A DNA stretch of 64,000 nucleotides, taken from positions 73,596,001 to 73,660,000 of the forward strand of contig NC_086108.1 of the NCBI RefSeq assembly GCF_963921235.1, given 5' to 3'. A program made the position numbers and the translations under genes. The notes beneath the pieces are model-generated. The model did no database searches. It was not told the origin of the DNA and was given only the letters and a program-made list of their open reading frames with translations. Shown piece by piece: positions 50,684-63,524 of this stretch (position 1 is the first letter of the stretch; the number at the start of each line of letters is the position of its first letter). The DNA is from Mobula hypostoma (Eukaryota).

Positions 50684-53600
50684 CTAGAAACAAGGAGAAT
50701 GAAATAGCATATTAGCACTAAAAGTAATCAATTACAGGTTTCATTAGATATTGATTTTGGAAGAAAATTATTAAAAACTATTCAAGGAGACTTACTATAA
50801 TAAAATGCCATTGCAACCTAATTTTTGTACCAAAATACGAACAGGATGAATACTGTATATTGAGTAACCAATTTTTATGCTCTTTTGGGACAAAGTAGGT
50901 TGTTTTTGGACAAAGGAGTTGAAAGAAACTCACTTTCAGCATTTCAAATCACAAAAGGGTGTCTTTAAAATAATGTATTTATTTTTCTTCTATGTTCCTC
51001 ACCCAGTTAGTGTTAAGAGGACAAATAAAAGATCAAATGTAGGGGCCAGATCACTCTGATTTTTAGTTGGTAGTTCCATCTAGATAGGAACTGGGATTGG
51101 TTTATTATTGTCATATTAACAGTGAAAAACTTGTTTTGCATATTTTCCATACAGATCAATACATTACACAGTGCATCAAGGTAGTACAAGGTAAATCAAT
51201 AACAAATGCAGTGTATCTTTCATTCTGTTCTGGACTTTTGCATCTGCAGCAAGGAAGTAGAAAATATGCTGAAGGTCAGATGACAGTGCATCTAATCAGC
51301 ATGATTGGTGGTAGTTCCATAACATACTGAGCTCAAGACATGATACAGTTCATATGTGGCCCATAGCTTCTGCGCCAGACACTTTTAATTAATTTGTAGG
51401 GTAGAGATACTTACTAATAGTTATAGAGTCAGAGAGATACAGCAAAGAAACAGACCCTCTTTGCTGACCATCATTTGGAGTTATGTGGTAGCAATGACGG
51501 AAGCCAATAACACATTAAGCATGATCCTTTTCAATGGGCTACATATACCATTGCTATAAACACAAATGGAATTGTCCAAATACAAATTATTCGAAAGAAA
51601 ACAATTCCTATTTCTTCAGAATTATCAAACTATCAACATTAACTCAGAAGATGACTTTTTGATGAAATCAATAGTTCAAAAATGATCAGAAATGACCATA
51701 AACTGTTGGTGCATTGTCAGTTTTAACATTAACAGTGATAAAAACATATCACTGAGAAAAAAGCAAATAGATAAGAGTTCTTCAATTAGCCTACATAAAA
51801 GGAAGTTGTCTCATTTTCAGTAAATATAAAGACATACTATTTATTATGATGCAAGTAAGATGAGGAAAAATGAGTTTCTTGGAATCCAGAACTATTCTTT
51901 GACCTTGCTGCTTTGCACAGCAAATAATACTGAATTTTTCAGTTTCAACAATCTTAGACAATCTAGCAATTTGATTTTTCATGTGATCTGATTCACAAGT
52001 TATTATTGAAATCTTAAATTGAAGAAACAAAATGACTTCAAACAGCATGTTTCTACAATTTTCACAGTGCAAACTTACTTTATACATGTAAAAAAACTCC
52101 TTTCAGAGTTTAAAACTAATGAAACATGATCACATTCCATGAGTTTATCCATCTTAACTGAATACTAATTTTGACCTGGAACGAGGAAAGCATTTAACCT
52201 GACACCTGACCATTACATTCAAGCCTTGGTAGAGTCACTGCTTCGTAATACTTGCAAAGAGTTGGAGTTTCTAAAGTTTCCTGACTCTCTATTGAATCAT
52301 AGATCTTTTTGTTATCTCTTTAATAAATTTGGGTTTGTAAGTCATCTGTTCCACATACTGATCAGCCTTTGATCATGTTGAAAATAAAGTTGATCCTACC
52401 TTTTAGGCATCCTCTGATATTTTAATATTTTATGGCATCCTCACATCTGTTGTCATCTGTTTTCTTCTTTACAAATTAAATTCTTTGAGGTACCCCTAAC
52501 TTTGGTAATCTTAAAATAGGTCATGTAGTTTGTTACATTTTGTATAATTACAATTATCCACACATTACTTTAAAGGGGTTTGTATTTAACATTTTTGGGA
52601 AAAAATGATTCCTAATTTGTCCATAACAGAAAATATATTAATGGATAATCAGGCTAGATGTGTATTTAAGTCTGCAATGAAGTTAGAGCATAACATGTTC
52701 TGATTCACAGTAGTATAATGCAAATTTTATTGATGGTCAATTAAGGACAGTTGTCAGATGATAACTGGGATTTTGCAAGAAAGGATACTTCACAAAACTA
52801 AGGGATCATAGATTCAATGGCTTGGGGGAAGGTGGTCTGTACCTCCAACACAGTGGAGCACACAAATAGATTCAGAAGTACGCAAAGTATGCGAGAGTTA
52901 CAAAAACGTTAATGAATTTCATTCAATAAAAAGCACATAGAACTCCTAAGTAATTAATTATAGTTACATTGGAATTTTTGGTGTACACTGATACTATTTT
53001 AATGCATGATCCAAGTATCCAACGTAAGTCATTTCAGATTAATGAAACAAGACATTAACATCAACCATCCACAAAGTGGTCTGTGGTTTTGCTTGGAGTA
53101 AAACAAACTTTTGCTTGCTGTTTGAACCACCTTTTTTTTTTGCCATTCATTGTTCCCTCATCTTCAACTTCCATAATTAATTTATTTTTACCTTGACTAT
53201 ATTTACTTATTTACTAATATTGTAATCAATTTGTACTGCCATTCAAAAGATATTCTGGTATAAGACATAAAATCAGGAAATTGAAATCTTAACAAGAATG
53301 GGATATTTAAAAGACAATCTAGAAGCAAGGAAGGCCCGAGAGATTTTACCAGGCTAATAGCATTCAACACAACGGTCTGGCATAGTTATTACAATGCCGT
53401 CATGTTGAGCACCTAAAGCAATCAATTTAAATATAACCTGCAATGCCTTCACTTTTATTTTTAGCCTATATATTTAACTGTTGATATACTTGAAAACAGT
53501 CAGATATTTGAAGAAAACTTTTGTACTAAATTGTTCTAGAAAGTAAACTTAACTCAAGAGATGAAAAGCAGCAATGCATGAATTACTCCAACCTCAATCG

Positions 53601-53904
53601 CACCCCAAGGAGGCACATGCACCAGCTTAAAAACACTTACTTTGTATCTACAGGACTGACATTGTATTTAGTTATTTTGTGCTAGGTGTTCCATTCCAAG
53701 GAAGCAAAGGAGGGCCAGGGAAAATATTGATGTAAGCTTCTATCAGCAAGAAAGCATCATCATCATCATTATTATGTTCCTAAGAAATTCAAGACTATTA
53801 TCTTAAGTCAAGGCAATGCAGATTAAAATGAGTATTTTTTTTAAAGAATGAGTTATATTTAGTTTTTGAAAGTATAAGATTTCAAGTAAAGAAATGAGAT
53901 CCAC

Positions 53905-54092
53905 CTGAATGTGTAGAATCTGCTGCGGACCTATAATTCTGTGTTGGCGAGCGAGGGGAAAGCGTGTGCGTTGGTGAACCTGGCACACTTTCACCCGATG
54001 AAAGCGATCGATTCAGGGAGGACAAACTCCGACTTGTATGTAGCAATGAGGCTTGTTTTGTAATCTTGCGAAAGAGGGAATTCCTTTTCTTA
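53905..54092 (-). CDS. MAST2: MAST2 penultimate coding exon (188 nt)
   Basis: Translates [62 protein letters not shown]; tttacag acceptor and CAG|GTGGAT donor; phases fit both neighbouring exons. Confidence 0.93.
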
Positions 54093-55454
54093 CTGTAAAT
54101 TAGAAAAAGTTAAAAACACAGGCATAACATTACAAACTACAGAAAATAAAATGAACTCAGAGATGTTCTGATCAATATCAGGGACCATTCACTAGAGTAC
54201 AGTTGACAGATGACCATTTGAACTTCTAAAAATGCCATTATGAATTGCGCATTAACATGGTGGCAACAATAGACCAAGCCATCAAAGTGATACCGAAGAG
54301 GAACTTGCAATACTCTTATAAGAGATCTCAGTGACAAAGAAGTTGGATGTAGCGATTGGATCTATTGTGAAAAAAGTACTCTAAGTATCTACCATAAATG
54401 TCAACCTTATTTCCAGGAAACTAACACATAATTACAGTGCCTATAAAAAGGATTCACCCCCCCTTGGAAGTTTTCCTGTTTTATTGTTTTGCAACTGTGA
54501 CGAGAATACACATAAATTAAGATGTTTGCTGGCCTGGGCTAGCACTAGTGGCATCAGCAGTTGGTCTGCCACCTGTCCTCAGGGGAGGGAGAGATAAGGA
54601 ACAATGAAACAGCATTTGGAGATGCTAATGAAGGAGCCATCAGTCTGGGTATTGTCAAGATCGGCTCCCCCTTTGAACCCTGAACTGTTTGAAGTGATGG
54701 ACAGGCGATCTGGAGATGTGTAATGAAGGGACAGGAGAGAGAGCTGTCTAGAGCGGCTCCCCCTTTGAACCCTGATCTGTTTGAAGTGATGGACAGGTGA
54801 TACCCCAGCAGGGGGATAAAAAGGGACAGGTTCGCTAAGGCAAGGACACACACGACACCCGAGGTAACAAGACCCTGGAAGCGGTGCACCTCTCACAAGT
54901 CGGTGGGAAGTACCGGGCCATAAACGCACAGGGTGGAAAGGTACGATCAGCGGGAACCTGGTGTGTGGTCCACCCTTGCTTGGGTGCCGGGTTCACTGCA
55001 GAGGATCGACCGCATCTGGAGGAGGGGTCACAGTCGGTGACCTCAGGTGACATCACAAAGGACTCGCCCGAAAGCTGCTTGTGAGCAATATCGCAGGTCT
55101 GTGAGTGGAAGCCGTTCTGAATGATCAGTCGTTCTCGTTCTCTCTCTCCTTCCCCCCACATTGTCCATCGCCATGGCAACGATTACTGCGAACTGAACTA
55201 AATTGAACTGAACTTTGCGTCACTTTGAAATTGGTCATTTACCCCTAGACAACGATACAGCTTGATTGATCCTGTTACCTTAATTCTGTGCACATGTGTG
55301 TTTATCATTGCTGAACTGTTGCATTCATTATTCTTTCGATTACTGTGTTGCTTGTTTCTTTAATAAAACTTTCTTAGTTCTAGTAATCCAGACTCCAACT
55401 GAGTGATCCATTTCTGCTGGTTTGGCAACCCAGTTACGGGGTACGTAACATAAG

Positions 55455-55480
55455 TGGGGTTCTCGTCCGCGATTTTGAAC
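55455..55480 (+). promoter_or_regulatory. Primer binding site complementary to tRNA-Pro
   Basis: TGGGGTTCTCGTCCGCGATTTTGAAC, 4 nt after the 5' LTR, versus TGGGGGCTCGTCCGGGATTTGAAC expected for tRNA-Pro. Confidence 0.8.
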
Positions 55481-55549
55481 GCTAAATTTGGGACGGAGTA
55501 AATTGATTGGGTCAAAATTCCCGAAAGAAAGAAAAGACAAACAGCAGAA

Positions 55550-57787
55550 ATGGAGACTGAGGAATTTATAAAGGCGCCGACCTTGGAGGCATTAGAGGAT
55601 GCCAGGAAATCGGAATTGGTAGCTGTGGCCAAACGGTTGATTCTTGCTAAGGGGAAGTCGACAATGAGGAGAGAGGAGATACACAGAGCTATCGTAGAGC
55701 ACTATGTATCTAAAGGTGTGTTTCCCCAAGGCAAGCTGGAGGTGGTGTCTATTGAAAAACCTGCCGGAGACGCGGTACAGGTGCAGCTTGAAAAACTGAG
55801 ACTCGAGCACGAGTTCCAGGTACGACAGTTGGAGCGAGAAGAGAAAGAGAGGGACAGACAGTTACAGCGAGAAGAGCGGGAGAGAGAGTTAGAAAGGCAA
55901 GAGAGAGAGAGACAGTTGGAGAGAGAAGAGAAAGAGAGAGAGAGACGGTTGGAGAGAGAAGAGAAAGAGAGAGAGAGATAGTTGCAGCGAGAGGAGAAAC
56001 AGAGGGAAAGGGAATTCGAGCTGGAGAAGTTAAAGATAAGGGCCGAGCAGGGGCTCGTGCCGAACCAAGGTGGAGGGTTCCGGGCGACCCAGGAGGTTAG
56101 GCTGCTTCCCCCATTTGACGATACCGATGTGGATCGGTACTTCCTCCATTTCGAAAAAGTGGCTATAAGTCAGGACTGGCCGAGGGATAAGTGGGCTGTT
56201 TTACTTCAGAGTGTACTGAAAGGGAAAGCCCAAGAAGCTTACTCAGCTTTGTCCGCGGAAGATGCCCAGAGGTATGAGGTGGTGAAAGAGGCCATCCTCA
56301 GGACTTATGAGTTGGTCCCGGAGGCATACCGGCAGAGGTTCTGGAATGCGAGGAAGCAGTGGGACCGCATGTATTTGGAGTTTGCCCGTGAGATGCAGAC
56401 ATATTGTGAGCGTTGGTGCGCCTCGAAGGGGGTAGAGGGGGATTATGACAGACTGCTACAGCTGATCCTGATTGAGCAGTTTAAAGGTTGTGTCCCTGAG
56501 GGTATGAGACCCTACCTAGATGAGAAAGAGGCAGCCACGTTAGCCACAACTGCTAAGTTAGCGGATGAGTATGCGTTGACGCATAAAATGAAGTTTGTCC
56601 CGAGTAAAGGCTACCAGAAGGGTAGTCAGGACGGCTGGGAGAGTCTGCCGGAAAAGTCAGGAAGTAAGCCAGGGACTAGTGAGAAGGATAAGGTAGACCG
56701 GGAGCAGTCTGGCAGGAAGTCTCCTGGGGTCATCTGTTATAATTGCGGGAAAGTCGGACACTTTGCATCCAGGTGCTTTGCCCCAAAGAAGGAGACGGGA
56801 AAAGGGAAGACAGCGATTTTGACTGGCTGTATCGAGCTGTTAAGCGAACCGCTAGGGAAGGACAGGTCTGCCAAAGTTAAGGAAGGGCGCGAGAAGTTTA
56901 TCTCGGCCGGATTGGTGTCAGTGAAGGAGGGGTTAAAACCAGTTCCAGTGCGGATCTGGAGAGACACTGGAGCGTGTCAGTCACTAATACTGAAGAGTGT
57001 ATTAGAGTTTAGCTCAGAGACCCAGACTGGGGAGGTAAAGGTCAAAGGTGTTGGGGAAGGGACAGAGTCAGTCCCTTTGCACCAGATACACTTACAAAGC
57101 AACCTGGTCTCTGGACTAGTCACGATCGGGGTGAGGTCCGAATTACCGATGAAAGGCGTGGAAATCTGGCTCAGTAATGACATCGCCGGGGGAATCGTGT
57201 TCCCAGTCGTGAGATTGACAGGTCAGCCTGCCAGCATTGAGGCTCTGCCCATGGACTCACAGGTTCATCATGGGGCTGCGGTAGTGAATTTAGCTGCGGT
57301 GGTAAATTTAGCTGAAACGTTTCTGCCAACCTTGTACGAGAAGGGGGTAGAAAATGAAAAGAAGGAGTGTAGTGAGACAAGGGGTAGTGAGGGAGCTGGG
57401 ACAGACGTAGCATTAGCCAGGAAAGAATTTGTGCAGACGCGGGAGCGAGACGAGGGGCTGATGGTTTCGGCAGAGACAGCTCTCTCTGACACAGACTCGA
57501 CAAGGGAACTAGTAGGCTATTGTGTGGGGGAGGAAGTGCTGAGGAAGCAAGGGAGACCAAGTACCGTGCCCGCAGATGAGGAGTGGGGGGTGGTGCAAAA
57601 GGGTTATGGGAATGAGGTTTTTAACCTGGCCCACAAGGTACCCCCCGGTGGACATTTTGCGGTGCTGGAGGAAACAGTTGGTGGAATCATGAAAGAGGTT
57701 TACCGGCTGCCCTGGGGGGAGGATGTTATTGATTATGGCCAACGCGAACTGAGACGGTCACAGGCTTTTGATATGCTAACAACCTAG
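55550..57787 (+). pseudogene. Gag (coiled coil, SCAN-like capsid, CCHC knuckle)-protease-partial integrase ORF with one in-frame TAG at 55979-55981
   Basis: (EREEKER)n; YELVPEAYRQRF...LILIEQF; CYNCGKVGHFASRC; protease RDTGA; integrase-like AH..P.GGH. The two listed ORFs are in the same frame. Confidence 0.88.
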
Positions 57788-57789
57788 TC

Positions 57790-58586
57790 GGTGTTAGCGT
57801 GGAAATCAATGAACTAGGGGCCCCCTGATAAGAGAAAAAAACCATTTTGAAAAGATTAGTATGGGATCGATCAGATGGGAGAAGGCTATTGTTTTGGCCA
57901 GGTCTACTGATAAGGTCTCTCCCTTAATCCCGGAACAAAGCGACTCTTTAGGAGAAGTAATTAAACGACTCGCACCCGTGTGTTTGATTGTCCCGAGGCA
58001 ATGCAAAGAACTGGGACGTTGGGTGGTGTCTGTTACAATAGGCCAGCCTAGTAAACAACATCTATATAGAATGAGTAATTCAGTGACTAAAGGGCTGATG
58101 AACACAGAGGTGTGTATTGGCAATTTAATACGGCTGTCTGAAGCCAGCTTGATAGTGAACCTTGAAAAAAATGAGTTCGGCCACGCGAAGGTCACTTAAC
58201 CTGGGAATTGTGGTGACACAGGGGCAGCTGGCAGCGATGCAAGCTACAGTGCAGGCTAACGCTGACCTCCCAACCCCGACAGACAAGAGGGCCCTCAGAA
58301 GGCTCTTGGAGAAGGTGGAGTACTGTAGGAAATTTTGCAATAACTCTGCGGTCACTACCCCTCCCCCTCCTACTAAGCCCTTGCGAGAGAAAACTAAGTC
58401 GGAATGGGACGACCCTTGTTATTGTGGTCCGGGACAAAACCAAATGAGAGGTTACATTGATCGCAATTCATCAGTGTTTTTGGCCACTATGAAGTTTGCT
58501 AAATTGGAGCCTGGTCTAAGGGACTATAAATAACACATATAAAAGAAACAGAAAATGTGATTGCTGACTGTCTGTCAAGGTGCTGA
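57790..58586 (+). pseudogene. Fragmented RT/RNase H remnants
   Basis: PSKQHLYRM, LSEASLIVNLEKNEF, PTPTDKRALRRLLEKVEYCRKFC, YIDRNSSVFL and ENVIADCLSR pieces. The YxDD motif is decayed and most of the RT core is missing. Confidence 0.75.
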
Positions 58587-58691
58587 CAACTTCAAATTCT
58601 CTGTATTAGCCAAATAGCTGATAAAGATGTATATTTGTGTGTATCAAATAATGTACTCATGTTTGTAATTTTTACCCTGGTAAAAATCCTT

Positions 58692-58703
58692 AAAGGGGGG
58701 AAG
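58692..58703 (+). promoter_or_regulatory. Polypurine tract
   Basis: AAAGGGGGGAAG directly before the 3' LTR. Confidence 0.85.
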
Positions 58704-61700
58704 TGTGACGAGAATACACATAAATTAAGATGTTTGCTGGCCTGGGATAGCACCAGTGGCATCAGCAGTTGGTCTGCCACCTGCCCTCAGGGGAGGGAGA
58801 GATAAGGAACAATGAAGTAGCATTTGGAGATGCTAATGAAGGAGCCATCAGTCTGGGTATTGTCAAGATCGGCTCCCCCTTTGAACCCTGAACTGTTTGA
58901 AGTGATGGACAGGCGATCTGGAGATGTGTAATGAAGGGACGGGAGAGAGAGCTGTCTAGAGCGGATCCCCCTTTGAACCCTGAACTGTTTGAAGTGATGC
59001 ACAGGCGATACCCCAGCAGGGGGATAAAAAGGGACAGTTCGCTAAGGCAAGGACACACACGACATCCGAGGTAACGAGACCCTGGAAGCGGTGCGCCTCT
59101 CACAAGTCGGTGGGAAGTACCGGGCCATAAACGCACAGGGTGGAAAGGTACGATCAGCGGGAACCTGGTGTGTGTCCACCCTCGCTTGGGTGCCGGGTTC
59201 ACTGCAGAGGATCGACCGCATCTGGAGGAGGGGTCACAGTCGGTGCCCTCAGGTGACATCACAAAGGACTCGCCCGAAAGCTGCTTGTGAGCAATATCGC
59301 AGATCTGTGAGTGGAAGCCGTTCTGAATGATCAGTCGTTCTCGTTCTCTCTCTCCTTCCCCCCCACATTGTCCATCGCCATGGCAACGATTACTGCGAAC
59401 TGAACTTCGCGTCACTTTGAAATTGGTCATTTACCCCTAGACAACGATAGAGCTTGATTGATCCTGTTATCTTAATTCTGTGCACATGTGTGTTTATCAT
59501 TGCTGAACTGTTGCATTCATTATCCTTTCGATTACTGTGTTGCTTGTTTCTTTAATAAAACTTTCTTAGTTCTAGTAACCCAGACTCCAACTGAGTGATC
59601 CATTTCTGCTGGTTTGGCAACCCAGTTACGGGGTACGTAACACAACATTGAATCACAGTGGATTTAATTTGGCTTTTTCTGACACTGATCAATAGAAAAA
59701 GACTCTTTTGTGTCAAAGTGAAAACAGATCTCCACAAAATAATCTAAATTAATTACATATATAAAACACTAAATAATTGATTGCATAAGTATTCATCCCA
59801 TTTAATATGGCACACCAAATCATCATTGGTGCCACCAGTTGATTTTAGAAGTCATATAATTAGTGAAATGGACATCACCGTGTGCAGTCAAGGTGTTTCA
59901 ATTGATTGTAGTAAAAATATACCAATATCTGGAAGGTTCAACAGCTGGTGAGTCAGTATCCTGGCAAAAACTACACCATGAAGACAAAAGAACACTCCAA
60001 GCAACTCTGACAAAGGGTTACTGAAAAGCACAAGTCAGGAGTTTGTTACAAGAAAATTTCCAAGCCACTGAATATCTCTTGGAGTATAGTTAAGTCAATC
60101 ATCAAGAAATGGAAAAAATATGGCACAGCTGTAAATCTGCCTAGAGCAGGCCATCCTTAAAAACTGAGTGACCATGCAAGAAAGAAGATTAGTGAGGGAG
60201 ACCACCAAGAGACCTATGACAACTCTGGAGAAGTTGCAAGCTATAGTGGCTGAGCTGGTAGAGACTGCACATACGACAACTGTTGCCGGGTGCTTCAACA
60301 GTCACAGCTTTATTGGAGAATGGCAAAGAAAAAGCCACCGTTGAAAAAAACTCACATGAAATCTCACTAGAGTTTGTCGGAAGGCATGTGGGAGATTCTG
60401 AAGTCATCCTGAAAAGGGTTCAGTGGTCTGATGAAACCAAAATTGAGCTTTTTGGCCATCAGATTATGTTTGGCACAAGCCAAACTCCGCACGTTATCAA
60501 AAACACATGGTCTCTATAATGAAGCATGGTGGTGCATCATGCTGTGGGGATGTTTCACTGCAGCAGGCCCTGGAAGGCTTGTGAAAATAGAGGGTGAAAT
60601 GAATGCAGCAAAATACAGGGAAATCCTGGAAGAAAACCTGATGCAGTCTGCAAGAGAACTGTGACTTGAGAGAAGATTTGTGTTCCAGCAAGACAATGAC
60701 CCCAAGCCAAAGCTACACAGGAATAGCTTAAAAACAACAAAGTTAATCTTCTGGAGTGGTCAAGTCAGGGTTCAGACCTCAATCCAATTGGGAATTTGTG
60801 GTCAGACTTGAAAAATGCTGTTCAGTCATGATCTGCATGCAATGACAGTGCTTGAGCAGTTTTGTAAAGAATGGGGAAAAATTGCAGTGTCCACATTTGC
60901 AAAGCTGATAGAGAACTATCCCCACAGACCCAAGGCTGTAATTGTTGCCAAAGGTGCATCTACTAAATACTGACTTGAAGGAGGTGAATACTTATGCAAT
61001 TAATAATGTTGTTCTATTTAAATCTTACAACTATCCCACAACGTGGGGGAGTAAATATCTTTGCCTTATGACTCCATTGCAATGCACAGAAATGTGAATT
61101 TAATAGTCTAATGGCTTGTATAAAGAAGCTATCCCATAGACTGCTGTTCCTGGCTTTAATGCTGCTGTACCACTTGCCAGACAGAAGCAGTTGAAACAGT
61201 TTATGGTTGGGGTGACTGGTGTCCCCGATGACCTTCCAGGCCTTCTTTCTGCACCTGCTGCTATAAATCTCCTCAATGGAGGGAGATCACATCCACAGAC
61301 ATGCTGGGCTGGCCGTACCACTCTCCGCAGTGCCCAGTGATGAGGGTTGGTGGAGTTCCTGTACCAGGAGGTGATACAGACAGTGTGCTCTCAATGTTGC
61401 CCCTGTAAAAGGTCGTGAGGATTTGGGGGCCATGGCAAACTTCTTCAGTTGCCTGAGGTGGAAGAGACACACTGACACGAAAGAGTTCTTTTCTGTTATT
61501 AGTGTCAAAAAAAAAATTAAATCCACTGTGATTCAATTCTGCAAAACAATAAAACATAAATACTTCTGGGGGAGGGGAAGAAGGGTGAATATTCTTTCTA
61601 GGCACTGTATAACACAAGTTTATATAGTCTTACTATTATATCACATTGCAAATCTTCCAGATATGGACTATCACACCAAGGAGCTGAACAGATACTATGC

Positions 61701-62260
61701 AAAATAACATGAAACAAACTGATCATTCAAACTTTTATCCTTCACAAATGAAGAACAATGCACATTATTGGGTGCAAATACAATGGAAATTTCTGTTGAA
61801 TGAAAATCTGAAGCAGTTACTTAACGGAGAAATTTACTGCACACCTGGTCATCATTCAACACATCATATCCATGCTTAGCAAAAAAAAGCTGTTCAAACG
61901 GATCTCAGTTCCCAAACAATAGACTTGTAGCCACATTCTTTTGTGGTTCAAACGGGATTAAGGTTTTGCTCTTCACTACTCTGTTTGATAGTGAACTTTA
62001 AATCTCCACCATGCTTATCCTCAGCACCCTTCTAATCATTCCATCTTAATTTTGATCTTCAGCACACATAACCCTCCACCATCCTGTTACCAACCTCCAT
62101 AAATTATGCCTATTAATAATTCATATGCAAGCAATTACAGCAAAAATGAAAAATTATCATGCTCATGTCAATCAATAATGATGTAAAGGATTCTAACACA
62201 AACAGAATTAAATACGCAGAATTACTATGGTGACGATTTCAGCTTTTTGGGGAACAATAC

Positions 62261-62397
62261 CTGTCTTGGCCATCTTTTGTTTTACTCTTCTTATTCCTCC
62301 TTGCCATCTTTGACTTGTGTGTAGATCGCCGAGCTGGCCCAACCTTGATTGATGTATTCTCAAAAGGAGTTGTTGATATTGAAACCTTGTTTCCACT
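62261..62397 (-). CDS. MAST2: MAST2 coding exon (137 nt; end of the PDZ region and basic linker)
   Basis: Translates [45 protein letters not shown](S); ag acceptor at 62398-62399 and AG|GTATTG donor; phase 2 matches the next exon. Confidence 0.93.
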
Positions 62398-62825
62398 CTA
62401 TTCATTGGAAAGATTTGATTTTATTTTTGTATCATTGACTTTAATTTTAAATACACATTATTCTACATTACGCACTGACATCGGTTCAGAGATTTAAATG
62501 CCACAACATTGTAAACATCTTAAGATACTGTTACAAGAAATGTAGTCCAAAACAATTTCTAAACATTTTATATAAATTTTGATTTCAGGTATTTTTAAAC
62601 CATTAAAAAATTCGAATCAATCCAGTTGGCCAAATTTTGATACTGACATATACAGTTTAATACTAACTGTACAATTTCCACAGTGCAGTCCTTTTTCATT
62701 CATGCAGAGTAGTAAAACAAAGACTACCTGGTTATTGGAGAGCTATAGTTTTCAAACAAAGTGGTAGCTCTAACAACATAAGAAAATGGCAGGAGTCAGC
62801 TACCTGCTGGAAATATCTTTCTAAA

Positions 62826-63318
62826 GCTACAGTGGAGCGTGTATCAAGCTTCAAATTCCTTGGCGTCCCCATTTCCGAGGATCTCACCTGGTCCCTGAAC
62901 TCCTCCATCCTGATCAAAAGGGCGCAACAGCGCCTTTATTTCCTGTGGAGCATAAAGAAAGCTCACTTCTGTCCCAGGATACTGACGGACTTTTACCGCT
63001 GTACCATTGAGAGCATACTCACCAACTGCTTCTCAGTGTGGTATGGTAATTGTCCCGTATCGGGACAAGTAAGCCTACCATGTCGAACCTTGTCAAATGC
63101 CTTACTAAAATCCATGTAGATCACATCCACTGCACTGCCCTCATCTATATGCCTGGTCACCTCCTCAAAAAACCCTATCAGGCTTGTTCGACACGATCTG
63201 CCCTTCACAAAGCCATGCTGACTGACCCTGATCAGACCATGATTTTCTAAATGCCTACAGATCCTATCTCTAAGAATCTTTTCCAACAGCTTTCCCACCA
63301 CAGATGTAAGGCTCACAT
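62826..63318. mobile_element. Abutting Rex1 fragment (+, ~62826-63066) and CR1 RT fragment (-, ~63067-63318)
   Basis: ERVSSFKFLGVPISEDLTWS...IESILTNCFSVWYG on +; SLTSVVGKLLEKIL...SQHGFVKGRSC...YMDFSKAFDKV on -. Confidence 0.8.
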
Positions 63319-63524
63319 TATCTATAAAACATTGTGCATCATGCTAAATCAAAAGAAAAATGCCAAAACCTGCTAAACAAACATTAAAAATTAAAGAGGG
63401 GGTAAAAATTATTTATCACCTTTGTAATTACTGTGCTAACTTTCTTCTGGTGCGATACTATATATTACCTTACCAACTCACCCATTTTGTGGATGCAGAA
63501 AATATGAAGATTTACCAGAATAAA

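Larger units (their letters stand above)
54496..59642 (+). mobile_element. Gmr1-like Gypsy LTR retrotransposon, non-autonomous (LTRs 54496-55450 and 58704-59642)
   Basis: Two near-identical LTRs TGTGACG...CGTAACA; 4-bp TSD CAAC (54492-54495 and 59643-59646); PBS; PPT; gag-protease ORF. Confidence 0.95.
54435..61607 (+). mobile_element. Tc1-family transposon in a MAST2 intron (same family as 36596-41245), with nested LTR element and Rex1 fragment
   Basis: TA|CAGTGCCTATAAAAAG ... TAGGCACTG|TA; defective transposase at about 59978-60973 ([23 protein letters not shown]); Rex1-like 3' piece on the minus strand at about 61010-61470. Confidence 0.9.

Noticed and set aside
50684..50693. Start of the 725-aa ORF as a single-exon gene
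   Set aside because: The ORF start is a TTG in the intron's polypyrimidine tract; the region is a spliced terminal exon.
55982..57787. Domesticated SCAN-type host gene
   Set aside because: It lies between two LTRs with PBS, PPT and TSD and has an upstream in-frame stop, so it is a retrotransposon gag.
58762..59430. 222-aa minus-strand ORF in the 3' LTR (possible antisense accessory gene)
   Set aside because: The equivalent region is frameshifted in the 5' LTR and the solo LTR, and it has no known motif.
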